A stretch of DNA of 64,000 nucleotides. It comes from Alphaproteobacteria bacterium. GTDB taxonomy: Bacteria > Pseudomonadota > Alphaproteobacteria > MPNO01. The notes beneath the pieces were generated by a model. It saw only the letters and a program-made list of their open reading frames with translations. It was not told the origin of the DNA and did no database searches. The stretch is from positions 2,528,001 through 2,592,000 of the forward strand of contig OZ219866.1 of the NCBI GenBank assembly GCA_964291675.2, in the 5' to 3' direction. The position numbers and the translations under genes were made by a program. Positions 40,393-49,576 of this stretch are shown piece by piece. The stretch's first letter is position 1; the number at the start of each line of letters is the position of its first letter.

Positions 40393-40452
40393 CCTAATCG
40401 TTCGCGGCCGGGACGGCGTGTCGGACCTGGCGCCGGCACCGGTCGAAAGGAG

Positions 40453-42927
40453 ATGAAATTGCAGATTGCCGAAGCTTTTGCCGCCGCGCTCGAGGCGCTC
40501 CCGGAAGCGATACGCGCGCGGCTGGACGGTGGCGAAACGCTCGACTGGGATGCGTTGGAGAGTGCCCGGATTTCCCGGACGCTCGGCGAGGCGGTCCGCG
40601 ACCGCGATCGCCTGCCCGAACCGGTGGAGACGCTGGTGCAACGGCTGGTCCGGGATGTCGGCGTCGTGCCGGAGGATGTCGTCCGCGGCCTGGAGCGCCA
40701 GTGCGCGGCCAGCGCCTGGATCGACTGGGTCTCGGTCGAACCCGAAGGCGAGACCTATCGGATCCGCAACGACCGGAGCGGCGAAGTTCACCTCGGGATC
40801 CCCGCCGAAACGGTCGCCGGCTACGCGATCCTCGCCATGGAGCTGGCGACCGCGGTGCACCGTGCCCGCGAGCGCTGGCTGGATAGCGGGGATCGCTACT
40901 GGGCGGCGCCCGGCGATGCGCTGTGCCCGCTGTCGCGATGCTCGGTTCGGATGAGCGCCGCCCTGCGCAGCCCGCCGGAGTCCGGCCCGGAGCCTACGAC
41001 GAACGACCTGGCCAGGATGCTGGAGACCGCGTGGAACGGCCAGGAGCTCCCGCTGCGCGCCGAGCTGGCGGCCGCTGCCCCGTCGATCGCCGGGCATGCC
41101 GTCCACGCGCCGCGCAGGCGCCGCCTTGCGCCGATGACCGGCTATCGACTGCACGCCTGCGACCCGGAAGAGCTCCTCTGGCTGTGCGCCCTGGCCGAGC
41201 GGGCCGGTTTGGGCGCGCCCGGCGACGATGCGGAGAAACCGCCGCAAGGAGACGTGGGGGCGCCGATCGCCGTTGGCGCGGCCGGGCCGAACGAACCGGC
41301 CGGCGACCTGGAGGCGGCGTCGGAACCGAGGGGGTCGGAGCCCGCCGGCGAGGCGTCGAATTTGCGCGGGAACCGCACCGGCGCCGGGGACGGAGACCCG
41401 GCCGGTGGCGAGCCGGCGAACGAGCCGGACCCGCCGGAGCCGGCAACGGCGAGGGACGCCGACCGCGCGGCGCGACCGGGCGGCGAGGCGTCGAATTGGC
41501 GCGGGAGCCGCACCGGCGCCGGGGACGGAGACCCGGCCGGGGGCGAACCGACGAACGAGCCGGACCCGCCGGAGGTCGCAACGGCGAGGGACACCGACCG
41601 CGCGGCGCGACCGGGCGGCGAGGCGTCGAATTTGCGCGGGAACCGCACCGGCGCCGGGGACGGAGCCCCGGCCGGTGGCGAACCGACGAACGAGCCGGAA
41701 GCGCCGGAGCCGGCAATGGCGAGGGACACCGACCGCGCGGCGCGACCGGGCGACGAGGCGTCGATGTGGCGCGGGAGCCGCGCCGGCGCCGGGGGCGGCG
41801 ACCCGACCGGTGGCGAGCCGGCGAAGGAGCCGGACCCGCCGGAGCCGGCAACGGCGAGGGACACCGACCGCGCGGCGCGACCGGGCGGCGAGGCGTCGAT
41901 GTGGCGCGCGAACCGCGCCGGCGCTCGGGACGGAGACCCGGCCGGGAGCGAACCGACGAACGAGCCGGAGGCGCCGAAATTCGGAAGCCCGGGCGAGACC
42001 GATCGCATGGCGAGATCGGAGGACGAGGCGGTTCTCCTCGACATGCAGGCATTGGAAGAGCGGATCGGAGCGGAGACGGACCGCAGGCTGCAGCTCGGCA
42101 CCGGCCCCGGCGAGATCGTCCTCGCCCGGCAATTCGACGAGCTCGAGAGCGCCGCGAGCCGGCTGCCCGGGCCGGTCAGGCAGCGCATGACGGCGTGCTA
42201 CGGTCTCAACGCGATGCAGGCGCTGATCCGGCTGCAGGACCCGCATGAGTGCGCCGCCCTCAGGGCCGAGGTGGAAGCTGCCGATGCAGGGGGCCGCGCG
42301 CCGCGCTGGCTGGAGGAGCTCGCCGCCACCCTGCTGATCGACGCCGGTGCCGAGACACGGGACGGCAGGCGCACGGCCGGGCTGCGCCTCGACGCGACGG
42401 AAGAGCCCGACGCCCGCTACCTGGTCACCGAAATGGGAACCGGCGCCCAGGGCAGCTTCTCGCTGGCCGGCCTTATGGAGCAGGTGCATCTCAACCTGGC
42501 GTTCGCGCGGATCGCGTGGAAGGCGCTGACGGTGCTCCGCAATGCCGGAAAGGAGGGCGGCTGGGCCTTGCTCGAAGGGACGAACCGGAACGTCGAATTC
42601 CCCTCCCAGGAGGGCGAGACGCTGGAAGCGGCGCAACAAATCGGAGTCGTGCTGGACCGTTTCCTCGACGCGCGGTCCGATCCCGGCGGATCGCCGAGCA
42701 GCCTGCAGCAGGCCGCGATGGCGGCGGATGCATTGGCGGAGGTCGGTCCCACCATGCGCGCCGCCGCCGGCTGGCCGGGCCCGCCCCCCGATTCGGGGCT
42801 CCCCGGAGATGTCGCGGCGATGGTCGACATGGCGGAAGCGCTGCAAGGAAACGTCCGGGCGATCTCCAACCGTCTGATCGCCGGGCGGATGGCCGGGTTC
42901 AAGGAAGGCCGGGAAATTCAGGCCTAG
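40453..42927 (+). CDS. Hypothetical protein with a central 45-aa tandem repeat
   Basis: AAGGAG RBS plus ATG; 824 aa; no recognised motif in the flanking regions. Confidence 0.7.
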   Translation: MKLQIAEAFAAALEALPEAIRARLDGGETLDWDALESARISRTLGEAVRDRDRLPEPVETLVQRLVRDVGVVPEDVVRGLERQCAASAWIDWVSVEPEGETYRIRNDRSGEVHLGIPAETVAGYAILAMELATAVHRARERWLDSGDRYWAAPGDALCPLSRCSVRMSAALRSPPESGPEPTTNDLARMLETAWNGQELPLRAELAAAAPSIAGHAVHAPRRRRLAPMTGYRLHACDPEELLWLCALAERAGLGAPGDDAEKPPQGDVGAPIAVGAAGPNEPAGDLEAASEPRGSEPAGEASNLRGNRTGAGDGDPAGGEPANEPDPPEPATARDADRAARPGGEASNWRGSRTGAGDGDPAGGEPTNEPDPPEVATARDTDRAARPGGEASNLRGNRTGAGDGAPAGGEPTNEPEAPEPAMARDTDRAARPGDEASMWRGSRAGAGGGDPTGGEPAKEPDPPEPATARDTDRAARPGGEASMWRANRAGARDGDPAGSEPTNEPEAPKFGSPGETDRMARSEDEAVLLDMQALEERIGAETDRRLQLGTGPGEIVLARQFDELESAASRLPGPVRQRMTACYGLNAMQALIRLQDPHECAALRAEVEAADAGGRAPRWLEELAATLLIDAGAETRDGRRTAGLRLDATEEPDARYLVTEMGTGAQGSFSLAGLMEQVHLNLAFARIAWKALTVLRNAGKEGGWALLEGTNRNVEFPSQEGETLEAAQQIGVVLDRFLDARSDPGGSPSSLQQAAMAADALAEVGPTMRAAAGWPGPPPDSGLPGDVAAMVDMAEALQGNVRAISNRLIAGRMAGFKEGREIQA
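41347..42010 (+). repeat. About five in-frame 135-bp tandem repeats
   Basis: Unit starts at 41347, 41482, 41617, 41752 and 41887 (exact 135-bp period); last copy degenerate. Confidence 0.92.
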
Positions 42928-43122
42928 CCCGGATTTCCCGCCGCCACCGCGGCCTGTGCGGCAGATTCGCCCTGCCGCCGCGCGTGGGGTCGGAACCGTG
43001 CACACCGAGCTCGAACCGCGCGTTCGATGCCATAATCAAATTACACTATGTCGATTCGATATGACTACGCTAAAATCGGGGCCGTGCCGCATATTTTCCC
43101 CGATACGCGCTCAGGATAGGCG

Positions 43123-44280
43123 GTGAACCCGTTGCCGAGTTCCTCTTCCCCTCGCCCGCGAGCAGGCCGCATGAGGCGGGCCCTGGCCGCGTGCTGGGTG
43201 TCGGCGGCGGTCGTCTGGCCCGGCGCGGCGCCCGCCGCGGACGGGGTCGACGAGGTATTGGCGCTGGTCCAGCAGGAGCGCTACGCGGAAGCGCGCGAGA
43301 TGATCGACCCGCTGCTCCGGCGCGACCCCGACCAACCGCGCGTGCGGCTGATCGACGGTATCCTGACGGCGCGGGAGGGACATCCCACGGAGTCGATCGC
43401 CATATTCGAGCGACTCCGCGACGACCACCCCGACATGTTCGAGCCGTACAACAACCTTGCGGTGCTGTACGCCCAGCAGGACCGGCTCGATGACGCGCTC
43501 GGGGCCCTGCTGGCCGCGTCGGAACGCAAGCCCGACGCCGTCGTCTACGCCAATCTCGGCGATATCTACACGCGTCTCGCGCGACGCGCCTACGAGCGCG
43601 CCCGCGATGTCCGCACCCGCGGCGGCGACGCTGCGGAACCGTCCGGACCCAGCGCTTCGATTCCGCTGCCCGCGGCGAAGCCGGTCGAGCCCGCTCCCGA
43701 ACCCGGACCGGCGGCGGAATCGGCGGACGGGCCCGCGCCCGAAGCGGAGACCGGGCCGGCGCGGGCGATCGTGGCGACGGGGTCCGAGCCCGTTTCCGAC
43801 GACGCGTTGAGCGGAGAATGCGTGCGCGCCGGAAGCTTCAAGGACCGGCGCTCGGCGACCGAAGCCGCTTCGTGGATGCAGAACGAGGGCGCCGAGATCA
43901 TCGACATCGTGCACGAAAACCGGCGGGACGGCAGCAGGCACTGGGTCCACCTGGCCCCGGCGGCGAGCCGCGATGCGGCCCGCAGGACGGTCCGCGAGCT
44001 TCGCGGCAAGGGCGTCCGGGATGTCGCGATCCTGCGCCGGGACTCCCGGCGCAACGTGGTTTCCCTCGGGGTCTACGGCAACAAGGGCAACGCGAACCGC
44101 CGGGTCGCCCAGATCGAGAAGCTGGGCTACGAGGTCGAGATCACGGCTTCCGGCAAGACCTCCGGCGAGTATGTCGTGCGGGCGCGCGTCGGCACCGCCC
44201 GGCCGGCCTTCGACGGCGCCTGGAAGGCGCGCTTCGCCGGATACTCCATCCGCTACGTCGACTGCCCCGCGCTCAACTGA
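43123..44280 (+). CDS. Secreted TPR + SPOR-like domain protein
   Basis: Signal peptide; TPR EPYNNLAVLYA...YANLGDIY; Pro/Ala linker; SPOR-like HWVHLAP...VSLGVYGNKGNA; start may be ATG 43171. Confidence 0.72.
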   Translation: MNPLPSSSSPRPRAGRMRRALAACWVSAAVVWPGAAPAADGVDEVLALVQQERYAEAREMIDPLLRRDPDQPRVRLIDGILTAREGHPTESIAIFERLRDDHPDMFEPYNNLAVLYAQQDRLDDALGALLAASERKPDAVVYANLGDIYTRLARRAYERARDVRTRGGDAAEPSGPSASIPLPAAKPVEPAPEPGPAAESADGPAPEAETGPARAIVATGSEPVSDDALSGECVRAGSFKDRRSATEAASWMQNEGAEIIDIVHENRRDGSRHWVHLAPAASRDAARRTVRELRGKGVRDVAILRRDSRRNVVSLGVYGNKGNANRRVAQIEKLGYEVEITASGKTSGEYVVRARVGTARPAFDGAWKARFAGYSIRYVDCPALN

Positions 44281-44366
44281 GACCGGGCTGGGGGATTTAC
44301 CGCGGCGGGGCGGCGCGCTATGAGACGCGCCGGGACCGAGCGCACACCGTCACGGAGGACGACGCC

Positions 44367-45236
44367 ATGACCGCAGCCTACGAACCGCCACGGGTCTGGA
44401 CATGGGAACGCGAGAACGGCGGCACCTTCGCCTCCATCAACCGCCCGGTCTCCGGCGCGACGCACGAGACGGCGCTGCCGCGCGGCGCCCACACGCTGCA
44501 GCTCTATTCGCTGGCGACGCCCAACGGCGTGAAGGTGACCGTGATGCTGGAGGAGCTGCTGGCCGCCGGGCATGCGGGCGCGGAGTACGACGCCTGGGTG
44601 GTCAACATCCGCGAGGGCGACCAGTTCGGCTCCGGGTTCGTCGCGGTCAACCCCAACTCCAAGATTCCGGCGCTGGTGGATCATTCGACGCCCGAGCCGA
44701 CCCGGGTCTTCGAATCGGGCGCGATCCTGCTCTATCTGGCCGAGAAATTCGGCGCCTTCCTGCCGGAGCGGGCGGGCGAACGCGCCGAGTGCCTGTCATG
44801 GCTGTTCTGGCAGATGGGCTCCGCCCCCTATCTCGGCGGCGGTTTCGGGCATTTCTACGCCTACGCCCCCTACAAGATGGAGTACCCGATCGACCGCTTC
44901 ACCATGGAGGTGAAGCGCCAGCTCGACGTGCTCGACAAGCGGCTGGGCGAGACGCCCTATGTCGCGGGCGATGCCTACACCATCGCCGACATGGCGATCT
45001 GGCCGTGGTACGGCGTGCTGACCACCGGCAGGCTCTACGACGCGGCCGAGTTCCTGGCGGCGGAGGACTACGCCAACGTGGTGCGCTGGTACCGCGAGAT
45101 CGCCGCCCGCGAGCCGGTGATCCGCGGGCGCAAGGTCAACCGGATCAGCGGCCCGCCGGAGGACCAGCTGCACGAGCGCCACGACGCGTCGGATTTCGAG
45201 CTCAGGACGCAGGACAAGCTGGAAGCGGCGGAGTAG
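44367..45236 (+). CDS. yghU: Glutathione-dependent disulfide-bond oxidoreductase (GST-like)
   Basis: YEPPRVWTW, LYSLATPNGVKV, NPNSKIPAL, FESGAIL, LHERHDASDF. Confidence 0.93.
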   Translation: MTAAYEPPRVWTWERENGGTFASINRPVSGATHETALPRGAHTLQLYSLATPNGVKVTVMLEELLAAGHAGAEYDAWVVNIREGDQFGSGFVAVNPNSKIPALVDHSTPEPTRVFESGAILLYLAEKFGAFLPERAGERAECLSWLFWQMGSAPYLGGGFGHFYAYAPYKMEYPIDRFTMEVKRQLDVLDKRLGETPYVAGDAYTIADMAIWPWYGVLTTGRLYDAAEFLAAEDYANVVRWYREIAAREPVIRGRKVNRISGPPEDQLHERHDASDFELRTQDKLEAAE

Positions 45237-45241
45237 GGGGC

Positions 45242-46153
45242 TCAGCGCGCCCGCAGCACCGCGTGGCAGGCGCGCGGCAGATCGGCCAGCATCAGCGGCG
45301 GCCGCCGCTTCTTCGGGTCCCGCGGCGCCGGGTAGAGCGCCTCGCGGCTGAACCACCAGGCGAGCGTCTTGTCGCAGCCCGCGCCGGGCCGTATCGGCGT
45401 CTGCGCGACGCAGCGCTCCCCCTTCGGGCAATGCAGGCGGACGTGGAAATGGGTGTCGTGGCCCCACCACGGCCGGACTTTGCGCAGCCAGCGTGCATCC
45501 CCCTCGCGCCGCGCCTCGCACAGGCGGCGCTTGATCGCGGCGTTGACGAAGATGCGCGCGACCGCCCCGTCCCGCGCGGCGGCCTCCAGCACCCTGGAAT
45601 GCGAGTCGGTCCAGCGCCCGTTCACCCCGAGCCGGTTGCGCGCCACCACCGAGTGGGACGAGATCCGCTCGCGCCGGGCCCGGCTCAGCCTCAGGCTGTC
45701 CGGCCGGCGCAGCCAGATATCGACGTCGAGCCCGATCTGGTGCGAGGCATGGCCGGTGAGCATCGGGCCGCCCCGGGGCTGGCTGATGTCGCCGACATAG
45801 AGCCCGGCCCAGCCCGCCGCCTGCGCCTTGCGGGCCAGGCGCTCGATAAAGGCGATCATGTCCGGATGGCCCCAGCTGCGGTTGCGCGACAGCCGCATCG
45901 CCTGCCAGCCCGGCCCGGTCTCCGGCAGCCGCACCCCGCCCGCCAGGCAGCCCGCCGCATAGCGCCCGTGCGCGGCGGCGGCGCCGGGGGCCGGCTTCTT
46001 CGCACCGCCGAAGGCGAATTTGGCGATCTGCGCCGCCGCCCCGCCGGCGTCGAACAGGAGCGCGAGGCAGGCGGCGACGGCGAGTGTCCAGCCCGGGCGA
46101 AGCGCGGGCGAGGGGGCTCTCGAAGGGAGGAATCGGGACTTCGACACGTGCAC
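45242..46153 (-). CDS. mepA: Penicillin-insensitive murein endopeptidase
   Basis: MRLSRNRSWGHP, GDISQPRGGPM..GHASHQIGLDVD, WWGHDTHFHVRL. Confidence 0.92.
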   Translation of the reverse strand: MHVSKSRFLPSRAPSPALRPGWTLAVAACLALLFDAGGAAAQIAKFAFGGAKKPAPGAAAAHGRYAAGCLAGGVRLPETGPGWQAMRLSRNRSWGHPDMIAFIERLARKAQAAGWAGLYVGDISQPRGGPMLTGHASHQIGLDVDIWLRRPDSLRLSRARRERISSHSVVARNRLGVNGRWTDSHSRVLEAAARDGAVARIFVNAAIKRRLCEARREGDARWLRKVRPWWGHDTHFHVRLHCPKGERCVAQTPIRPGAGCDKTLAWWFSREALYPAPRDPKKRRPPLMLADLPRACHAVLRAR

Positions 46154-46196
46154 CGGCCGAGCTATGCGGCCCTCCGTGTTCCGATCCGCCCCGCGC

Positions 46197-46322
46197 TCAG
46201 CCGCTGCGGACGGCCGGGCCGGAGGTGACGGCCTGGGTCGAGAAGCCGATCAGGTCGAGCAGGATATCCGCGCCGACGGCGATCACCGCCATGGCCAGGA
46301 ACGCGAGCAGCATGGCTCTCAT
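46197..46322 (-). CDS. Small single-TM hypothetical protein ending the fdh operon
   Basis: MRAMLLAFLAMAVIAVGADILLDLIGFS...; ATGA overlap with the upstream stop. Confidence 0.55.
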   Translation of the reverse strand: MRAMLLAFLAMAVIAVGADILLDLIGFSTQAVTSGPAVRSG

Positions 46323-47626
46323 CGAGTTTTCTCCCGATCCGTGGTCGCGCGCTTGAGGAAGACGATCAGGTCGTCCCGGTCGGCCGGTTTCACGATGCGC
46401 TGCATCGGCATCTTCGAGCCCGGAATATAGTGGTCCGGGCCCAGGTCGAACAGCGCGTCGATGGTGCGTTCGTTCCACACGATGTCCGAGGTGCTGAGCG
46501 TCCGCGAGTATTTGTATCCCGCCAGCGCGCCGGCGCGGCGTCCGAATATGCCGAACAGGGTCGGCCCGGCGCGGCGCCGCCCGTCCGGCCCGAGCGCGTG
46601 GCAGATCGAGCACTTGCGCTGGAACTGGCGCTCCCCGTTGCTCATCGTCGCCGGCTTCTTCAGGAAGGTCCGTTCCTCCCGGGTCATCTTCGCGTGCCGG
46701 CCGAGCGAGTCGACGGGCCAGCTATACATCGCGTCGTCCAGCCCGCCGGCGTGGATGTTCCTGCCGTCCGCCGAGAAGGTGAGCGCCCAGACCGGCCCGC
46801 GCAGCGTGGCGCGGAAGTTGCGCCGCACCGACCAGGACCGGACGTCGATCACCTTGATGAAGCCGTCGCCGTCGCCCACCGCGAGCGTGGCGAAGTCGCG
46901 GTCGGCCGCCATCGCGAGGATCGGGCTGCGGCCGGAGGTGAAGTCGGCGATCCGGTTGCCGGTCTCCGCGTCGACCACGCGGATGGTCCCGTCGAGCGAT
47001 CCGTAGGCGAGCCAGGTCTCCGCGTCGTTCAGCACCAGGGTGTTGACGCCGAAGCCGTGGCGCAGGAAGAACCGCTTGCGCGTCCCGCGCGCCGGATCCC
47101 AGGTGCGGATCGTGCCGTCCGCCGAGCCCGAATAGAGCGTCTTCCCGTCGGCCGTGAAGGCGATGTCGCTGACATTGGAGCGGTGGCCCTTGAGGAATAG
47201 CGGCTTGCCGCCGTCGAGCGGCCACAGCCCGATCGAGCCGTCCCAGCTCGCCGCCGCCACCGTGCTCCCGTCCGGCGACAGCTGCAGCGCGTTGACCTTG
47301 TTCTGGTGGCCGCCGAGCCGCCGTCCCTCGCCGGTGCGGAGATCCCACAGATAGAGCTGGAAGTCGTCGCCCGCGGAGACCGCCCGGTCGCCGCCGACGA
47401 ACCTGACCGCGTTGACCGCCGCGCGGTGCGCCTCCAGCCAGACCGGGGTCTTGCCGCGCCACAGCCCGACCGAGAAGTCGAAGCTCGCGGTCAGGATGCG
47501 GCTCCCGTCCGGCGAGACGTCGATCCCCTTGATCGGGCCGCCGTGACCCTTGAGCGTGAAGAAGTCCCCCGCCGCGGCGACCGACGGGATCAGGACCAGC
47601 GCCGCGACTAGCGCCCGGAACGCCAT
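46319..47626 (-). CDS. Secreted WD40-repeat protein fused to a class I cytochrome c
   Basis: Repeated GH...SxDG.I..W units; C-terminal CSICH, AGPTLFGIFGRRAG, YIPGSKM. Confidence 0.88.
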   Translation of the reverse strand: MAFRALVAALVLIPSVAAAGDFFTLKGHGGPIKGIDVSPDGSRILTASFDFSVGLWRGKTPVWLEAHRAAVNAVRFVGGDRAVSAGDDFQLYLWDLRTGEGRRLGGHQNKVNALQLSPDGSTVAAASWDGSIGLWPLDGGKPLFLKGHRSNVSDIAFTADGKTLYSGSADGTIRTWDPARGTRKRFFLRHGFGVNTLVLNDAETWLAYGSLDGTIRVVDAETGNRIADFTSGRSPILAMAADRDFATLAVGDGDGFIKVIDVRSWSVRRNFRATLRGPVWALTFSADGRNIHAGGLDDAMYSWPVDSLGRHAKMTREERTFLKKPATMSNGERQFQRKCSICHALGPDGRRRAGPTLFGIFGRRAGALAGYKYSRTLSTSDIVWNERTIDALFDLGPDHYIPGSKMPMQRIVKPADRDDLIVFLKRATTDREKTR

Positions 47627-47627
47627 C

Positions 47628-48863
47628 TCACTCGGCGGGCGTGGCCGGAGCTTCCCGGGAGGCGGCTTCCTGCTCCTCGGCGACCACCTCCTCGTACCAC
47701 AGCGAGTGGTGCTCCTTGGCCCATTGCCTGTCGACCTCGCCCGATTCCATCGACTCGAACGCGCCTTCCATGCCGACCGAGCCGAGATAGATATGCGCGA
47801 TGATGATCGCCATGAAGACGAAGGCGACGATGGTGTGCCAAAGCTGGGCGTATTGCATCTCCTCGTGCGGCGTCATCTCGGTGGCCAGCTCGCCCATGCC
47901 GAAGAGCTGCGGCAGGCCGAGCGCGTTCAGGATCTCGAAGGTCTTGGCGAACATCGGCATCTCGAACGGGAACAAGAGCGACAGCCCGGATGCCGAGATC
48001 GAGATGCCGAGGACGATGACGACCCAGAAGACGATCTTCTGCCCGGCGTTGAACTTGCGCGCCGGCGGGTGCACGTGCTTGGAGAACAGCCCGCCGCCCT
48101 TGGCGAGCCAGATCAGATCCGCCCGGTTGGGCACGTTGTGCACCACCCAGCAGACGAACACCATGACCAGCGCCACGATGAAGGCCCAGGCGACGTTGTT
48201 GTGGATCCACTTCGACGCCAGCGCGATCGCCGAGAAGAAGTCCTTGCCGAACACCGGGATCAGCGCGAACCGCCCGAACAGCGTGATCAGCCCGCTGAGC
48301 CCGAGCAGGATGAAGGAGCCGGCGAGCAGCCAGTGGCTGAACCGCTCGATGGCGCTGAAGCGGAGGATCGTCCGGCCGGTCTTCTCGCCCTCGATGCGGA
48401 TCGGGCCGCGGATCGAGAGATAGACCAGGACCGCCACGATCATCGCCAGCAGCAGCCATCCGCCCCATACCAGCAGCGGACCCTTGCGGAGCTCCAGCCA
48501 CCAAATGCCGGAGTCCTGGATGATGATGTCCATCGCGGGGCCCCGCGCGGACACGGTGACGTCGGCGCTGCCGTAGCGCAGCGCGCGGAACACCTCGGAG
48601 TCCGACGCGCCGCCGAGCGTGCCGAGCTGGGCGGCGATCCCGGCCGCCTTGGCGGGGTCGCCGACCGCATCGCGGCGGAACGCGTCGTCGAGCTTCTCGC
48701 CGCGCTGCCGGGCGAGGATGTCCTCAAGGGTCTGGGCGCCGCCGGTCGAGGCGCGCGGCGCCTGCTCCTTCGGCGCGCCGCCCTGCTGCGCGGCGGCGGG
48801 CGACCACGCCAGCGGCGTCGCCGCCAGCGTCAGGATCAGCAGCCTGCAAAACGTCTTGATCAT
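47628..48863 (-). CDS. Formate dehydrogenase subunit gamma (cytochrome b) with N-terminal extension
   Basis: ERFSHW, KWIHN, KFNAGQK, WHTIV, AHIYLGS.GMEGA, WAKEHH; start MIKTF after a GAGGTG RBS. Confidence 0.9.
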   Translation of the reverse strand: MIKTFCRLLILTLAATPLAWSPAAAQQGGAPKEQAPRASTGGAQTLEDILARQRGEKLDDAFRRDAVGDPAKAAGIAAQLGTLGGASDSEVFRALRYGSADVTVSARGPAMDIIIQDSGIWWLELRKGPLLVWGGWLLLAMIVAVLVYLSIRGPIRIEGEKTGRTILRFSAIERFSHWLLAGSFILLGLSGLITLFGRFALIPVFGKDFFSAIALASKWIHNNVAWAFIVALVMVFVCWVVHNVPNRADLIWLAKGGGLFSKHVHPPARKFNAGQKIVFWVVIVLGISISASGLSLLFPFEMPMFAKTFEILNALGLPQLFGMGELATEMTPHEEMQYAQLWHTIVAFVFMAIIIAHIYLGSVGMEGAFESMESGEVDRQWAKEHHSLWYEEVVAEEQEAASREAPATPAE

Positions 48864-48969
48864 GGATAAGCACCTCGCACGCAACCAGATGGCACGCGGG
48901 CGGGCTCGCGCCCGCCCGATCAAGCCGTTCGCCGCGGGGGGCGGTCTCCCGCCCCCCGCAGGATACGGA

Positions 48970-49563
48970 TCAGCTGCCCTTCTGGCCGTAGGCGGTGCCC
49001 CAGCCCCAGGCGCCGGTGCCGAAGCCCCGGGCCACCACGCGTTCGCGGTAGATGCCGGACACGACATCCCCGTCGCCCGCGAGCAGCGCCTTGGTGGCGC
49101 ACATCTCGGCGCAGAGCGGCAGCTTGCCTTCCGCGATCCGGTTGCGCCCGTACTTGGCGAACTCGGCCGTCGAGTGGGTCTCCTCCGGGCCGCCGGCGCA
49201 GAACGTGCACTTGTCCATCTTGCCGCGGGACCCGAAATTGCCCGCCTGGGGGAACTGCGGCGCGCCGAACGGGCACGCATAGAAGCAGTAGCCGCAGCCG
49301 ATACAGAGGTCCTTGGAGTGCAGGACCACCCCGTCGTCGGTCTGGTAGAAGCAGTCCACCGGGCAGACCGCCATGCACGGCGCATCCGAGCAGTGCATGC
49401 AGGCCACCGAGATCGACCGCTCGCCCGGCTTGCCGTCATTGATCGTGACGACCCTCCGGCGGTTGATCCCCCACGGCACCTCGTGCTCGTTCTTGCACGC
49501 GGTCACGCAGGCATTGCACTCGATGCAGCGCTCGGCGTCGCAGAGAAATTTTGCTCTTGCCAT
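48970..49563 (-). CDS. fdh3B: Formate dehydrogenase FDH3-type Fe-S beta subunit
   Basis: CIECNACVTAC, CMHCSDAPC...CP, CIGCGYC..ACP, KCTFC. Confidence 0.92.
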   Translation of the reverse strand: MARAKFLCDAERCIECNACVTACKNEHEVPWGINRRRVVTINDGKPGERSISVACMHCSDAPCMAVCPVDCFYQTDDGVVLHSKDLCIGCGYCFYACPFGAPQFPQAGNFGSRGKMDKCTFCAGGPEETHSTAEFAKYGRNRIAEGKLPLCAEMCATKALLAGDGDVVSGIYRERVVARGFGTGAWGWGTAYGQKGS

Positions 49564-49576
49564 CTCTGTTCCCTCC

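Noticed and set aside
41347-42010. Regular repeats as a possible CRISPR array
   Set aside because: The units are 135 bp, contiguous and in frame, with no unique spacers and no cas genes nearby.
39733-43005. 1090-aa minus-strand ORF, and similar long ORFs such as 49373..52705 +, 10549..12921 + and 29041..31446 -
   Set aside because: Antisense shadows of real genes in high-GC DNA; Arg/Gly/Ala-rich with no motifs.
48933-48959. GC hairpin between fdh beta and gamma as a terminator or ncRNA
   Set aside because: No U-tract on either strand; at most an mRNA-stabilising stem.
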